Origin: an uncultured Clostridia bacterium
GTDB taxonomy: Bacteria > Bacillota > Clostridia > Christensenellales > UBA3700
Direction: 5' to 3'
Length of the DNA: 64,000 bases
Assembly (NCBI GenBank): GCA_947646415.1
Contig: CANSGN010000010.1
Coordinates: 1,399 to 65,398 of the forward strand
Shown: piece after piece, positions 26,018 to 34,949 of the stretch
Position numbering within the stretch: the stretch's first letter is position 1
Layout of the letters: each line of letters starts with the position of its first letter
The notes under the pieces: generated by a model
The model's database searches: none
Told to the model about the DNA's origin: nothing
Seen by the model: the letters and a program-made list of their open reading frames with translations, nothing else
Translations under genes and position numbers: made by a program

Positions 26018-26211
26018 ATTTATCCCCTACTGCTAAATTTTTTACTTTAAATTTTAATATACGCAATTATTATACCACCTTTGTATTTTTTTTGCAATAT
26101 TTTAAATAACTTTATTCAAATTAGTTCTCATTTATTTGCTAATAGTATATACTTATAATTAAGAAGCCTTTTGATTTATCTTTTAACAAAATAACATTAT
26201 GCGGAGTGATT

Positions 26212-27501
26212 ATGAATTATTTTAACGAGTATATAAACGCAGCTAAAGACCTTATAAAAATAAATAGTGTGGAAAGCAGTGCCATTGACGGCAAACCTTT
26301 TGGTGTAGGCGTGGACGATTGTTTGAGGAAAGCACTTGCCATAGCCGAAAGTTTAGGCTTTAAAACTTTTTACGGAAACGGCTACTACGGCTATGCCGAA
26401 ATAGGAGAAGGGGAAGAAATGCTTGGTATTTTGGGGCATTTAGACACCGTGCCTATCGGTAACGATTGGGATATCCCTGCGTTAGGCGGAGATATTATTG
26501 ACGGTTATTTATGCGGCCGCGGGGTACTTGATGACAAAGGCCCTATCCTAGCAACTTTGTTTGCTGCAAAACAACTTATTGACAGCGGTTTTGTCCCTAA
26601 CAAACGTATACGTATTATTTTTGGTTGCGACGAAGAATCGGGATGGGAATGTATAGATAAGTACTGTGAATTGGAGGAAATACCTACCATAGCTTTTACC
26701 CCTGACGGAGATTTCCCTGTAATAAACTGCGAAAAAGGCGTAGCTTACTTTACCGTGCATATCAAAAAGCCTAAATATGTGGTAAGCGTGTGCGGTGGCG
26801 AGCGTGCCAATATGGTTATGGATAAAATCAAATGTATCGTTTGCGATGAAATGGCGGAAAAATTACCTGCAAATAACAATTTTGGGGTAACTGTGGACGG
26901 AAACATACTTACCGCAAGCGGCAAATCCGCTCACGGCTCTTCCCCACATCTTGGGGACAATGCTCTTTGGAAAGTTGTTAAATTTTTAGCCGATTATGAC
27001 CAAACCGCCAAAAATTTTGCAAACATAATTTGCAATACCGACGGCTCAAATTACAATATCAAATGTAGCGACGAAATTAGTGGAAATTTAACAATAAATA
27101 TCGGTACAATCTCTAGCGACAGCGAGAATATAACCTTTAGTCTTGATATAAGACACCCTCTTTGCATTACAAGGGAACAACTTTATGAAAAATTGTGCAA
27201 AACCTTTGATAACGGAACTGTGGAATATGGTTTTTTCCATAATCCGCTTTACATTGCTCCCGACCACCCGCTTTGCACTAAATTATTAAAAGCTTACAGC
27301 GATGTTACGGGCGAAAACTTAAAGCCTATTACTATCGGCGGAGGAACTTATGCAAGAGCCTTACCTGTAGCCGTTGCTTTCGGGCCGATTTTTCCTAATC
27401 AAGAGTCCACTATTCATCAAAAAAATGAAAAAGCAAAACTTTCCGATTTGGAAAATATGTACAAAATCTATGTGAAAGCTATTGAAGAATTGTGTAAATG
27501 A
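26212..27501 (+). CDS. M20-family dipeptidase (PepV/Sapep-like)
   Basis: The ORF track starts at GTG 26206. ATG 26212 follows a GGAG. Motifs GHLDTVP, GRGVLDDKGP and CDEESG are present. Confidence 0.8.
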   Translation: MNYFNEYINAAKDLIKINSVESSAIDGKPFGVGVDDCLRKALAIAESLGFKTFYGNGYYGYAEIGEGEEMLGILGHLDTVPIGNDWDIPALGGDIIDGYLCGRGVLDDKGPILATLFAAKQLIDSGFVPNKRIRIIFGCDEESGWECIDKYCELEEIPTIAFTPDGDFPVINCEKGVAYFTVHIKKPKYVVSVCGGERANMVMDKIKCIVCDEMAEKLPANNNFGVTVDGNILTASGKSAHGSSPHLGDNALWKVVKFLADYDQTAKNFANIICNTDGSNYNIKCSDEISGNLTINIGTISSDSENITFSLDIRHPLCITREQLYEKLCKTFDNGTVEYGFFHNPLYIAPDHPLCTKLLKAYSDVTGENLKPITIGGGTYARALPVAVAFGPIFPNQESTIHQKNEKAKLSDLENMYKIYVKAIEELCK

Positions 27502-27534
27502 TTAATTAAAATTATTTTAATTGTAAATTATAAA

Positions 27535-27572
27535 ACAAAAATCACTTTGACAAATTCAAAGTGATTTTTTGT
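27535..27572. terminator. Bidirectional terminator between the dipeptidase (+) and LRR lipoprotein (-) genes
   Basis: Arms AAAATCACTTTGA (27537-27550) / TCAAAGTGATTTT (27556-27568), flanked by A-rich and T-rich tracts. Confidence 0.75.
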
Positions 27573-27576
27573 ATTT

Positions 27577-29823
27577 TTAATTAATTTCTTTTTCTTCTAC
27601 AACTTCGCCTGCCTTGTTAAGTGTTCCGTCGGTACACTCTACAATAAACTCGCCTGTATCCCTCCAAGCTACCTCTTTTTTAACTTTATTCCAATCAGCC
27701 ATACTTCCCCCAAAAATAATACACGTTAACTTAGAAAACCCGTCAAAAGCATTTTTTGCTATACTTATTTTACTGTTAGAGATTGTAATAGTTATAAACT
27801 CGCTACCTCCCTCAAATGTATTATTTTTAATCTGTGTTATTGTTTCAGGTATTACCAATTCGGTTATTAACGTTTCATCTAAATACAAATTATGGGCATA
27901 ATACAATGGATTAGCGTAGTTTGCTCCAAAATCTATATTACACCATGCCTCTAAGTCTTTTATGCAAACTCTTTCTAGTTTGGTACATTGCTCAAAGGAA
28001 TTTTGACCTATGCTTACTACATTTTCATGTATTGTAACAGAAACAAACTCGCTGCCGCCCTCAAATGTATAGTCTTTAATTTGTGTTATTGTTTCAGGTA
28101 TTACCAATTCGGTTATTAACGTTTCATCTAAATACAAATTATGGGCATAATACAATGGATTAGCGTAGTTTGCTCCAAAATCTATATTACACCATGCCTC
28201 TAAGTCTTTTATGCAAACTTTTTTCAGGTTTGTACATTGCTCAAACGCTTTTTGACCTACGCTTACCACATTGTTATGAAATGTTATTGAATCAAACCAA
28301 CTACAGCCCTCAAACGCATTGTTTTTTATTTGAGTTATCGCTTCAGGTATTACCAAATTGCTTACCATCGTATTATTTAAAAATAATTTATTTGCATAAC
28401 ACAATGGGTTTGAGCGATTTGCACCAAAATCTATATTACACCAAGATTCTAAATCGTTTATTAAAACTGCTCTAAGTTCACTGCATTGTTCAAAAGCATA
28501 ATCTCCAATAAAATTTACACTTTCCGGTATTTTAACTTGTTCTAGAGAATTACAATATTCAAAAGCTCTAGCACCTATTTGAGTTACACCATTTGGGATT
28601 TCCAAAGTTACAAGGCTACGACAAAGACCAAACGCACTTTCGCCGATACTGACTACGCTGTCGGAAATTGTCAAATCGATTAACCTCGTACATACATAAA
28701 ATGCTTGCATGCCTATGCTTTGTAATTTATTTCCCATAACAACGCTGGTAAGTCCGCTACAATCTCTAAACGCAAAATCGCCCAATGTAACCACACTATT
28801 TGGTAGTGTTAAATCGGTAAGACCGCTGCAAAAATAAAAAGCACTTTCCCCTATTTCCGTTATATTTTCATGCAAAGTCACACTTTTTAAAGCACTGCAA
28901 CCGACAAATGTATTGTTTTTTATAACCTCAACGCTACTCGGTATTATTAAATTACTGATTACTTGATTATTCAAATATAATTTGCCTGCATAATACAACG
29001 GATTTGATAAGCTGTCTTTAAAATCTATATTACACCATGCTTGCAAGTCTGAAATATAAATACCATTTAACCTGCTGCATCTTTCAAATGCTCTGCTATC
29101 AATTTGCACAACGCTTTTGGGAAGTACAATTTTTGTTAACCTGCTACATCCACTAAATGCGTAATTTCCTATTTTTGTAATTTCGTTTCCTAATGTTAAA
29201 CTGCTTAAACCTCTACATTCATAAAAAGCCCGGTTTTCTATCACTGACACACTATCGGATAACACTATTTCCTCAAGACTATAGCACTCGTAAAAAGTAT
29301 TGCTTTTAATAACTGCAACGTTTTCGGAAATTTTTATTTCCACAAGATTACTACATCTTTCAAATGCACCTATACCCAAACTTGTCAAACTGTTTGGTAA
29401 AAATATGCTAGTAAGAACGCTGCAACCTTTAAATGCATAATCTCCGATTTTTGTAACAGTTTCAGGAATATTTATTTTGCTTAGTTGTTTGCAATCTTTA
29501 AACGCACTATCTCCTATCTCAGACACTCCGTTAGGGATAGTAATGCTTTTTATATTTTTACATCCATCAAATACATTATTCTTTATCCCTACAACATTTA
29601 TATCGTTATACTTGGACGGAATAACAATATCCGTTGCTTTTACATCCAACAACTCACTTACGTAATATCCATTGCTAGACAGGTCATATTTAAAAGTTTC
29701 AATAATATCTTGAGGTTTCTCCTCATTTTTGCTTTCGTTTTTATCACATCCTATCAAAATAACCGACATTGTCAGCATTAAAGCAATTAAAATAAATATC
29801 AATAACCTTTTTGATTTGTGCAT
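27577..29823 (-). CDS. BspA-type leucine-rich-repeat surface lipoprotein
   Basis: The ORF track runs 27577-29871. The start at 29823 (MHKSKRLL...) is preferred because AGGAGG lies 7 nt upstream. Lipobox LIGC. About 20 LRR_5-like units are present. Confidence 0.85.
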   Translation of the reverse strand: MHKSKRLLIFILIALMLTMSVILIGCDKNESKNEEKPQDIIETFKYDLSSNGYYVSELLDVKATDIVIPSKYNDINVVGIKNNVFDGCKNIKSITIPNGVSEIGDSAFKDCKQLSKINIPETVTKIGDYAFKGCSVLTSIFLPNSLTSLGIGAFERCSNLVEIKISENVAVIKSNTFYECYSLEEIVLSDSVSVIENRAFYECRGLSSLTLGNEITKIGNYAFSGCSRLTKIVLPKSVVQIDSRAFERCSRLNGIYISDLQAWCNIDFKDSLSNPLYYAGKLYLNNQVISNLIIPSSVEVIKNNTFVGCSALKSVTLHENITEIGESAFYFCSGLTDLTLPNSVVTLGDFAFRDCSGLTSVVMGNKLQSIGMQAFYVCTRLIDLTISDSVVSIGESAFGLCRSLVTLEIPNGVTQIGARAFEYCNSLEQVKIPESVNFIGDYAFEQCSELRAVLINDLESWCNIDFGANRSNPLCYANKLFLNNTMVSNLVIPEAITQIKNNAFEGCSWFDSITFHNNVVSVGQKAFEQCTNLKKVCIKDLEAWCNIDFGANYANPLYYAHNLYLDETLITELVIPETITQIKDYTFEGGSEFVSVTIHENVVSIGQNSFEQCTKLERVCIKDLEAWCNIDFGANYANPLYYAHNLYLDETLITELVIPETITQIKNNTFEGGSEFITITISNSKISIAKNAFDGFSKLTCIIFGGSMADWNKVKKEVAWRDTGEFIVECTDGTLNKAGEVVEEKEIN
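27796..28545 (-). repeat. Three tandem 249-bp (83-aa) coding repeats inside the LRR gene; the two distal units are near-identical
   Basis: A ~150-nt block at ~27822-27965 recurs at ~28071-28214, offset by 249 bp. It encodes CIKDLEAWCNIDFGANYANPLYYAHNLYLDETLITELVIPETITQIK twice. A third, diverged unit lies upstream. Confidence 0.85.
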
Positions 29824-29954
29824 AATAAGACCTCCTATACGAAATTTATTATACAGTGCTTTACACTGCAAGTCAAGTATTTTACAGTGGTTTGCACTAC
29901 AACATTAGTAATAAAGGATTGTCATTGTTACAAACTAATAAGTAGCGAGGATTT

Positions 29955-30167
29955 ATGATAGCACAAGAATTAGGAAGAAGATTAAAAAACGAACGTAAGG
30001 CAAAAGGCTTTACGCAAAAAGTAATGGCGGAAAAAATGGGAATGGTTTTACAGCAATACCAAACTTATGAAAGTGGCAGGTATCAGCTTGACTACGAAAA
30101 GCTTAAACAAGTCTGTATAATTTTGGATATATCTGCTGACTATTTACTTGGAATTACGCAATATTAA
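29955..30167 (+). CDS. Small XRE-family HTH regulator
   Basis: 70 aa. The HTH_3 pattern LKNERKAKGFTQKVMAEKMGMVLQQYQTYESG is present. It is divergent from the LRR gene. Confidence 0.8.
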   Translation: MIAQELGRRLKNERKAKGFTQKVMAEKMGMVLQQYQTYESGRYQLDYEKLKQVCIILDISADYLLGITQY

Positions 30168-30263
30168 ATGCAAAGCAAATAAATACATTTTGACATTTAG
30201 CTTAAAAACAAGTAAAAAAACCTTTGAAAATCGGTACTAATATGATTATTTTTGGCAAAAATT

Positions 30264-30296
30264 AAGGAACACTCAGTTTGAGTGTTCCTTTTTTAT
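30264..30296 (+). terminator. Rho-independent terminator
   Basis: AAGGAACACTC / GAGTGTTCCTT followed by TTTTATT. Confidence 0.65.
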
Positions 30297-30310
30297 TAGC
30301 CTTTATAAAG

Positions 30311-30341
30311 AAAAAAAACCGAAAATAAATTTCGGTTTTTT
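30311..30341. terminator. Bidirectional terminator downstream of pdxS
   Basis: A8-CCGAAA-ataaa-TTTCGG-T6. Confidence 0.7.
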
Positions 30342-30360
30342 ATTATTGTTTGCTTATTGA

Positions 30361-31224
30361 TTATTGACCGCGTTCTTCCATTTTGATTTTGATTTCGTCG
30401 CAGTTAATACCAACGATTGGCTCGCCCAAATCTTCGGACAATCTTGCAATCAAGTCATAGTCCATATAATTTTCTACCGAGCGAACGATTGCATCAGCTC
30501 TTTTTGCAGGGTTGCCAGACTTAAATATACCGCTACCTACAAATACGCCCTCTGCACCTAAATGCCTCATTAAAACTGCATCTGCAGGAGTTGCAACGCC
30601 ACCAGCTGAGAAGTTTGGAACAGGCAATTTGCCGTTTTCGTGAACAAATTTAATCAAATCGTAAGGTACTTGAAGTTGTTTTGCCTCCTCATAAAGCTCG
30701 TCTGGGCTCATAGCTTTAACTGCTCTCATTTGAGCTTGCATTGCTCTCATGTGTCTAACAGCTTGAACAACGTCGCCTGTACCTGCCTCGCCCTTAGTTC
30801 TTATCATGCTTGCACCCTCTTGCACACGGCGAAGAGCTTCGCCCAAGTTTCTAGCACCGCAAACAAATGGAGCTTTGAAAGACATTTTGTCAACATGGTA
30901 AACATCGTCTGCAGGAGTTAAAACCTCACTTTCGTCGATAAAATCAATATCCATAGCCTCAAGTAATCTTGCCTCTATAAAATGACCGATTCTGCATTTA
31001 GCCATTACAGGGATTTTAACTGCTTTTTGAATTTCCCTAATCATTTTAGGGTCGCTCATACGGCTTACACCGCCCTCTCTTCTGATATCTGCAGGAACTC
31101 TTTCCAAAGCCATAACTGCACCAGCACCTGCTGCCTCAGCGATTTTAGCTTGCTCAACAGTGGTAACATCCATAATTACTTTGCCTTTCAAACTTTCTGC
31201 GATAGGATTGTTAATTTTGTACAT
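30361..31224 (-). CDS. pdxS: Pyridoxal 5'-phosphate synthase lyase subunit
   Basis: 287 aa. The SNZ/PdxS sequence is highly characteristic (GGVIMDV-type start, [30 protein letters not shown]). Confidence 0.95.
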   Translation of the reverse strand: MYKINNPIAESLKGKVIMDVTTVEQAKIAEAAGAGAVMALERVPADIRREGGVSRMSDPKMIREIQKAVKIPVMAKCRIGHFIEARLLEAMDIDFIDESEVLTPADDVYHVDKMSFKAPFVCGARNLGEALRRVQEGASMIRTKGEAGTGDVVQAVRHMRAMQAQMRAVKAMSPDELYEEAKQLQVPYDLIKFVHENGKLPVPNFSAGGVATPADAVLMRHLGAEGVFVGSGIFKSGNPAKRADAIVRSVENYMDYDLIARLSEDLGEPIVGINCDEIKIKMEERGQ

Positions 31225-31472
31225 ATATATAAATCTCCTTTGTAGGTTTTATAATTTTTTCTACTTTAGTATAGCACAAATTAGTAAAAATTTACAAGCA
31301 ATAATAAATAATTAACTTAAAATTTTATTTATTATCTGCCATAAAATTTAGTTATATTGCTATTAGCACAAATATTTCAAATTTTTTGGCAAATTGCATA
31401 AATATAAAAAGTTGCCGTAATACAGCAACTCCTTTTATCGTTTTTTATTAAAAATTTATACTTAACTTTTAT

Positions 31473-31712
31473 TTACTTTATGTTGTTATTGGAAACATTC
31501 CCCCACTCATCTTCTAACCCTAAAATATAGTCCGTTGTTTTATTAAAAATTTTTGATAACGAAATAATTGCAGCTGCTGTTGGCTCTGTTCTTTTTGTTT
31601 CCCATTTTGCTACTGCTGATTGGCTTATATTTAGTTTTTTAGCGAGTTGTGCTTGTGACAGACCACTTTCTTTCCTCAACTCAATTATTCTATCTCTATA
31701 ATCCATAGCCAT
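31473..31712 (-). CDS. XRE-family HTH regulator (cI-like member of a divergent pair)
   Basis: 79 aa. The segment LRKESGLSQAQLAKKLNISQSAVAKWETKRTEP is present. Confidence 0.8.
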   Translation of the reverse strand: MAMDYRDRIIELRKESGLSQAQLAKKLNISQSAVAKWETKRTEPTAAAIISLSKIFNKTTDYILGLEDEWGNVSNNNIK

Positions 31713-31740
31713 ATTATATCAAAACATATTCCAAATGTAC

Positions 31741-31769
31741 TTGACAAGTCTTAAAAGACTTGATATAAT
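31741..31769 (+). promoter_or_regulatory. Promoter with an 18-bp palindromic operator in the spacer
   Basis: TTGACA (31741-31746), a 17-nt spacer, then TATAAT (31764-31769). The perfect inverted repeat CAAGTCTT-AA-AAGACTTG (31745-31762) fills the spacer. Confidence 0.65.
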
Positions 31770-31816
31770 TTGACTATTATTATTTTTAAAAATAATTAAA
31801 ATATTTAGGAGTTTTT

Positions 31817-32077
31817 ATGACTTTAATTGAGGCAATAGCGATAAAAACAAAAAATTTAATGCAAGAAAAAAATATTTCTCAACAACTGTTGGAGGCAAAA
31901 ACTAATATTTCTCATTATAGTATGAACAAAATACTTAAATGCAAATACAAAGATATCGACATTGTAACAATACTTAAAATATGTAATGCCTTTGGCATAA
32001 CAATAAACGAATTTTTAAATGATGACCTTTTTGCAACGTCTAATTTACAAATAGCAAACAAAGGAACCAAAATATAA
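31817..32077 (+). CDS. Small HTH (XRE-like) protein, Cro-like member of the divergent pair
   Basis: 86 aa. The HTH-like segment ISQQLLEAKTNISHYSMNKILK...ILKICNAFGITINEFL is present. RBS TAGGAG. Confidence 0.65.
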   Translation: MTLIEAIAIKTKNLMQEKNISQQLLEAKTNISHYSMNKILKCKYKDIDIVTILKICNAFGITINEFLNDDLFATSNLQIANKGTKI

Positions 32078-32112
32078 ATACAAAAAAGATTGCGAAATCG
32101 CAATCTTTTTTA

Positions 32113-32397
32113 TTATTTTAATATAGATTTTTCCACTGCTTTTTTGTAGCCGTCCGAGCCGTGATTTACGCACTTGGAAACCCTGCTTAATGTAGCGGAA
32201 GAAATGCCTGTTTGTGATATTACTTCGTTGTAAGTCATACCATCCAACAAAAGTTTTGCAGCTCTTAAACGTTGTGCCATTTGCTCAACTTCCTTATATG
32301 TACAAAGGTCATCAAACAAAGCCTTACATTCCTCCACACTTTCTATATCCGTTATTGCCTTATACAAATCAGGCAAAAATTCTTCATAATTCGACAT
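32113..32397 (-). CDS. YerC/YecD-family TrpR-like DNA-binding protein
   Basis: 94 aa. The segment FDDLCTYKEVEQMAQRLRAAKLLLDGMTYNEVISQTGISSATLSRVSKCVNHGSDGYK matches the YerC/YecD pattern as I recall it. Confidence 0.75.
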   Translation of the reverse strand: MSNYEEFLPDLYKAITDIESVEECKALFDDLCTYKEVEQMAQRLRAAKLLLDGMTYNEVISQTGISSATLSRVSKCVNHGSDGYKKAVEKSILK

Positions 32398-32408
32398 ATT
32401 CTCCCCCT

Positions 32409-33377
32409 TTATGCCTTAAGTATTTTATCCATAAACTCTTTTGTTCTTTGCTCTGTTGGGTTGTCGATAACTGCTTTTGCATCGCCATACTCCAAAATCT
32501 TACCTCCGTCAAGGAAGATTACTTTGTCCGCAATTTCCCTTGCAAACATAATTTCGTGCGTAACGATTAGCATTGTTGTACCGCTTTCCCTTAGGCCGCT
32601 TATAACCTTTAATACCTCGCCTGTAAGCTCTGGGTCAAGTGCCGAAGTCGGCTCGTCAAAACATAAAATTTCAGGAGATAGGCAAAGTGCTCTTGCTATT
32701 GCAACTCTTTGTTTTTGTCCGCCGCTTATCTCGCAAGGATATGCGTTTTCCTTATCGGAAAGTCCTACTTTTGCAAGTTGTTCTTTTGCTAAATTTATAG
32801 CTACTTGCTTATCCATATTTTTAACCAACATTGGCGCCATTATCAAGTTTTCTATAACCGTTTTGTGAGGAAACAAATTGAAATCTTGAAAAACAAGCCC
32901 CATTTTCAACGCTTTTTCCCTCAAAACATTGTCTTTTGGATATATACTAACATTGATTTCGGAAAGTGGATTTCCGCTTTCATCCGTTGGGATATATTTT
33001 TTAAAAAACTTATATTTGTAAGTCATATCTACGGGTACTGTAGTAAAAAACTTAAATTTTTTCTTACCGTTTTCCTCATATTTATTTACAAACTTAAACT
33101 TTTTGCCACTGCCGCAAGGCAACTTTTGCACAAACATAAACTTTGGCTTTACAGGTTGCAGTTCACTTGGGACAATTTCTTCCCCGCCAATCCAAATACT
33201 ACCGCTTTGTGCCTTTTCCAAAAATGTCAAACATCTTAGCAAAGTTGACTTTCCGCCACCGCTTGAGCCGATAATTGCAATTACTTCGCCCTTTTGCATA
33301 CTAAAACTTATATCTTTAAGTACATGGTTTAATCCAAAGGACTTATTCAAACTTTTTATTTCCAAAATCTTTTCCAT
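32409..33377 (-). CDS. Polar amino-acid ABC transporter ATP-binding protein with a ~80-aa Lys/Phe-rich insertion
   Basis: 322 aa. Motifs: Walker A GSSGGGKST, Q-loop LVFQDFNLFPH, signature ISGGQKQR, Walker [12 protein letters not shown]. Confidence 0.85.
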   Translation of the reverse strand: MEKILEIKSLNKSFGLNHVLKDISFSMQKGEVIAIIGSSGGGKSTLLRCLTFLEKAQSGSIWIGGEEIVPSELQPVKPKFMFVQKLPCGSGKKFKFVNKYEENGKKKFKFFTTVPVDMTYKYKFFKKYIPTDESGNPLSEINVSIYPKDNVLREKALKMGLVFQDFNLFPHKTVIENLIMAPMLVKNMDKQVAINLAKEQLAKVGLSDKENAYPCEISGGQKQRVAIARALCLSPEILCFDEPTSALDPELTGEVLKVISGLRESGTTMLIVTHEIMFAREIADKVIFLDGGKILEYGDAKAVIDNPTEQRTKEFMDKILKA

Positions 33378-33388
33378 AAAATCCTCCC

Positions 33389-34033
33389 TTACCTGTACCT
33401 ATTTGTACGTTTTTCAAGCTTTGCAAATACGATTGACAATATTCCTACAAAAGCAAGATAGAATAATGCAGTTGCAAAGAATGGTGCTAAGTATCCTTTA
33501 TTCAAAAAGTCTTGTCCAACAAATATCAACTCTGACAAACCGATTATTCTTGCAAGCGATGTATCTTTTACCAAAGTAATTATCTCATTACTCATAGGAG
33601 GCAGTATATTTTTATAGATTTGCGGCATTGCAACATTTACAAATGCTTGCGATTTTTTCATACCTAGCACTTGGCAAGCTTCGTATTGTCCTTTTGGTAC
33701 TGCATCCATTCCGCCTTTGTAAATAACTGAAAAATAGCAAGCGTAATTTATCGAAAAAGCAATTAAAACCGCAACAAACTCCTCACGAATACCAAATCCC
33801 CAATCTAAAAGCCCCGGTACGTAATAAACCACAATGATTTGCAACATTAACGGTGTTCCTCTTATTATCCAAATAAAAGCATCCATTAAATATTTAACAG
33901 GTTTAAATTTACACTTTTGTAAAAATGCAAATAATAGTCCCAAAGGCAAAGCAACGGCAAGGGTAGCAAAGAATATTGCTACCGACATGCCGAAACCTTC
34001 AAATAATGCTATTACTACTTGTTGTATATCCAT
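33389..34033 (-). CDS. Polar amino-acid ABC transporter permease
   Basis: The ORF track starts at 34093, which would overlap the SBP gene by 47 nt. ATG 34033 (MDIQQVV...) sits behind AAGGA and avoids the overlap. The protein is multi-TM with an EAA-like loop. Confidence 0.8.
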   Translation of the reverse strand: MDIQQVVIALFEGFGMSVAIFFATLAVALPLGLLFAFLQKCKFKPVKYLMDAFIWIIRGTPLMLQIIVVYYVPGLLDWGFGIREEFVAVLIAFSINYACYFSVIYKGGMDAVPKGQYEACQVLGMKKSQAFVNVAMPQIYKNILPPMSNEIITLVKDTSLARIIGLSELIFVGQDFLNKGYLAPFFATALFYLAFVGILSIVFAKLEKRTNRYR

Positions 34034-34046
34034 ATTTATCCTTGTA

Positions 34047-34895
34047 TTATTTGTCCAATTCAATGCCCATTGGTGCATTAACTGTATAACCAATTACAAC
34101 TTTCTTTTTGTTTTTCAACTCGTTTTTCCACTCGTCGCCTGTTAAAGTAGATGTCCAAGTCATTGTTACTTTTCTATCTGTCAAACCATACTTTTCTGCA
34201 ACTTCGCTATACTTAGTATCTTGCAACTCAACCAATTTTGTGTTAATAAAGTCGATTAACTTTGTATTGCCTTTCTTAGCTGCTACGCCGTACTCTTCTT
34301 TTTGTTGCTCATAATCACTAATTGTAACAATCTTCAAATCTGTGTAGCTACCATTTGTTTGATTTAGCAAATATCCTGCCATTGTTGAGTCAATGATTGC
34401 TAAATCAGATTGACCAGATTTTACTTCCATCAAAGCATCGATTTGGGCTGTAATTCCTTTAATAGTGATATCAATGTTTTTGTTATCTTTAATATCTGTA
34501 GCAGTTTCTTCACCTGCTGAACCATTTTCTACAGCAACTTTCTTGCCAGCCAAATCTGAAAGTTTTGAATATTGAGAAGCATTCTCCCCTTTAACTACAA
34601 CAGCTTGCTCATTTGTTAGATAAGGGATAGAGATTTGCATATTCTCTTTTCTTTCATCAGTAATTGTAAGTCCATTCCAAACCAAATCAATTTTTCCTGA
34701 ATTTAACTCAATTTCTTTTTGAGACCAGTCAATTTTACGAGTTACAACTTCAATGCCCTCTTTTTCAAAAATTGCTTTTGCAAGGTCAATATCAAAACCG
34801 CTTACCTCTTTCTTGCCGGCACACGCTACAAGACCTACAACCATAACTACAGCAAGTGCTACAACTGCTATAATAGTTAAAATTCTCTTTTTCAT
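34047..34895 (-). CDS. Amino-acid-binding lipoprotein (SBP_bac_3-like) with apparently permuted topology
   Basis: 282 aa. Lipobox LVAC. The mature N-terminus begins directly at the GFDIDLAKAI helix. A beta1-like segment, KKVVIGYTVNAPMGIELD, sits at the extreme C-terminus. Confidence 0.8.
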   Translation of the reverse strand: MKKRILTIIAVVALAVVMVVGLVACAGKKEVSGFDIDLAKAIFEKEGIEVVTRKIDWSQKEIELNSGKIDLVWNGLTITDERKENMQISIPYLTNEQAVVVKGENASQYSKLSDLAGKKVAVENGSAGEETATDIKDNKNIDITIKGITAQIDALMEVKSGQSDLAIIDSTMAGYLLNQTNGSYTDLKIVTISDYEQQKEEYGVAAKKGNTKLIDFINTKLVELQDTKYSEVAEKYGLTDRKVTMTWTSTLTGDEWKNELKNKKKVVIGYTVNAPMGIELDK

Positions 34896-34949
34896 TTTTA
34901 TTCTCCTTATTAATTGCCTTTTGCAATCTTGTTTTTTGTTTATGCTACT

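Noticed and set aside
29872-29954. Short CACTG/CAGTG-type inverted repeats between the divergent LRR lipoprotein and XRE genes.
   Set aside because: The arms are only 5-6 bp and imperfect, which is within chance expectation for an 80-bp region.
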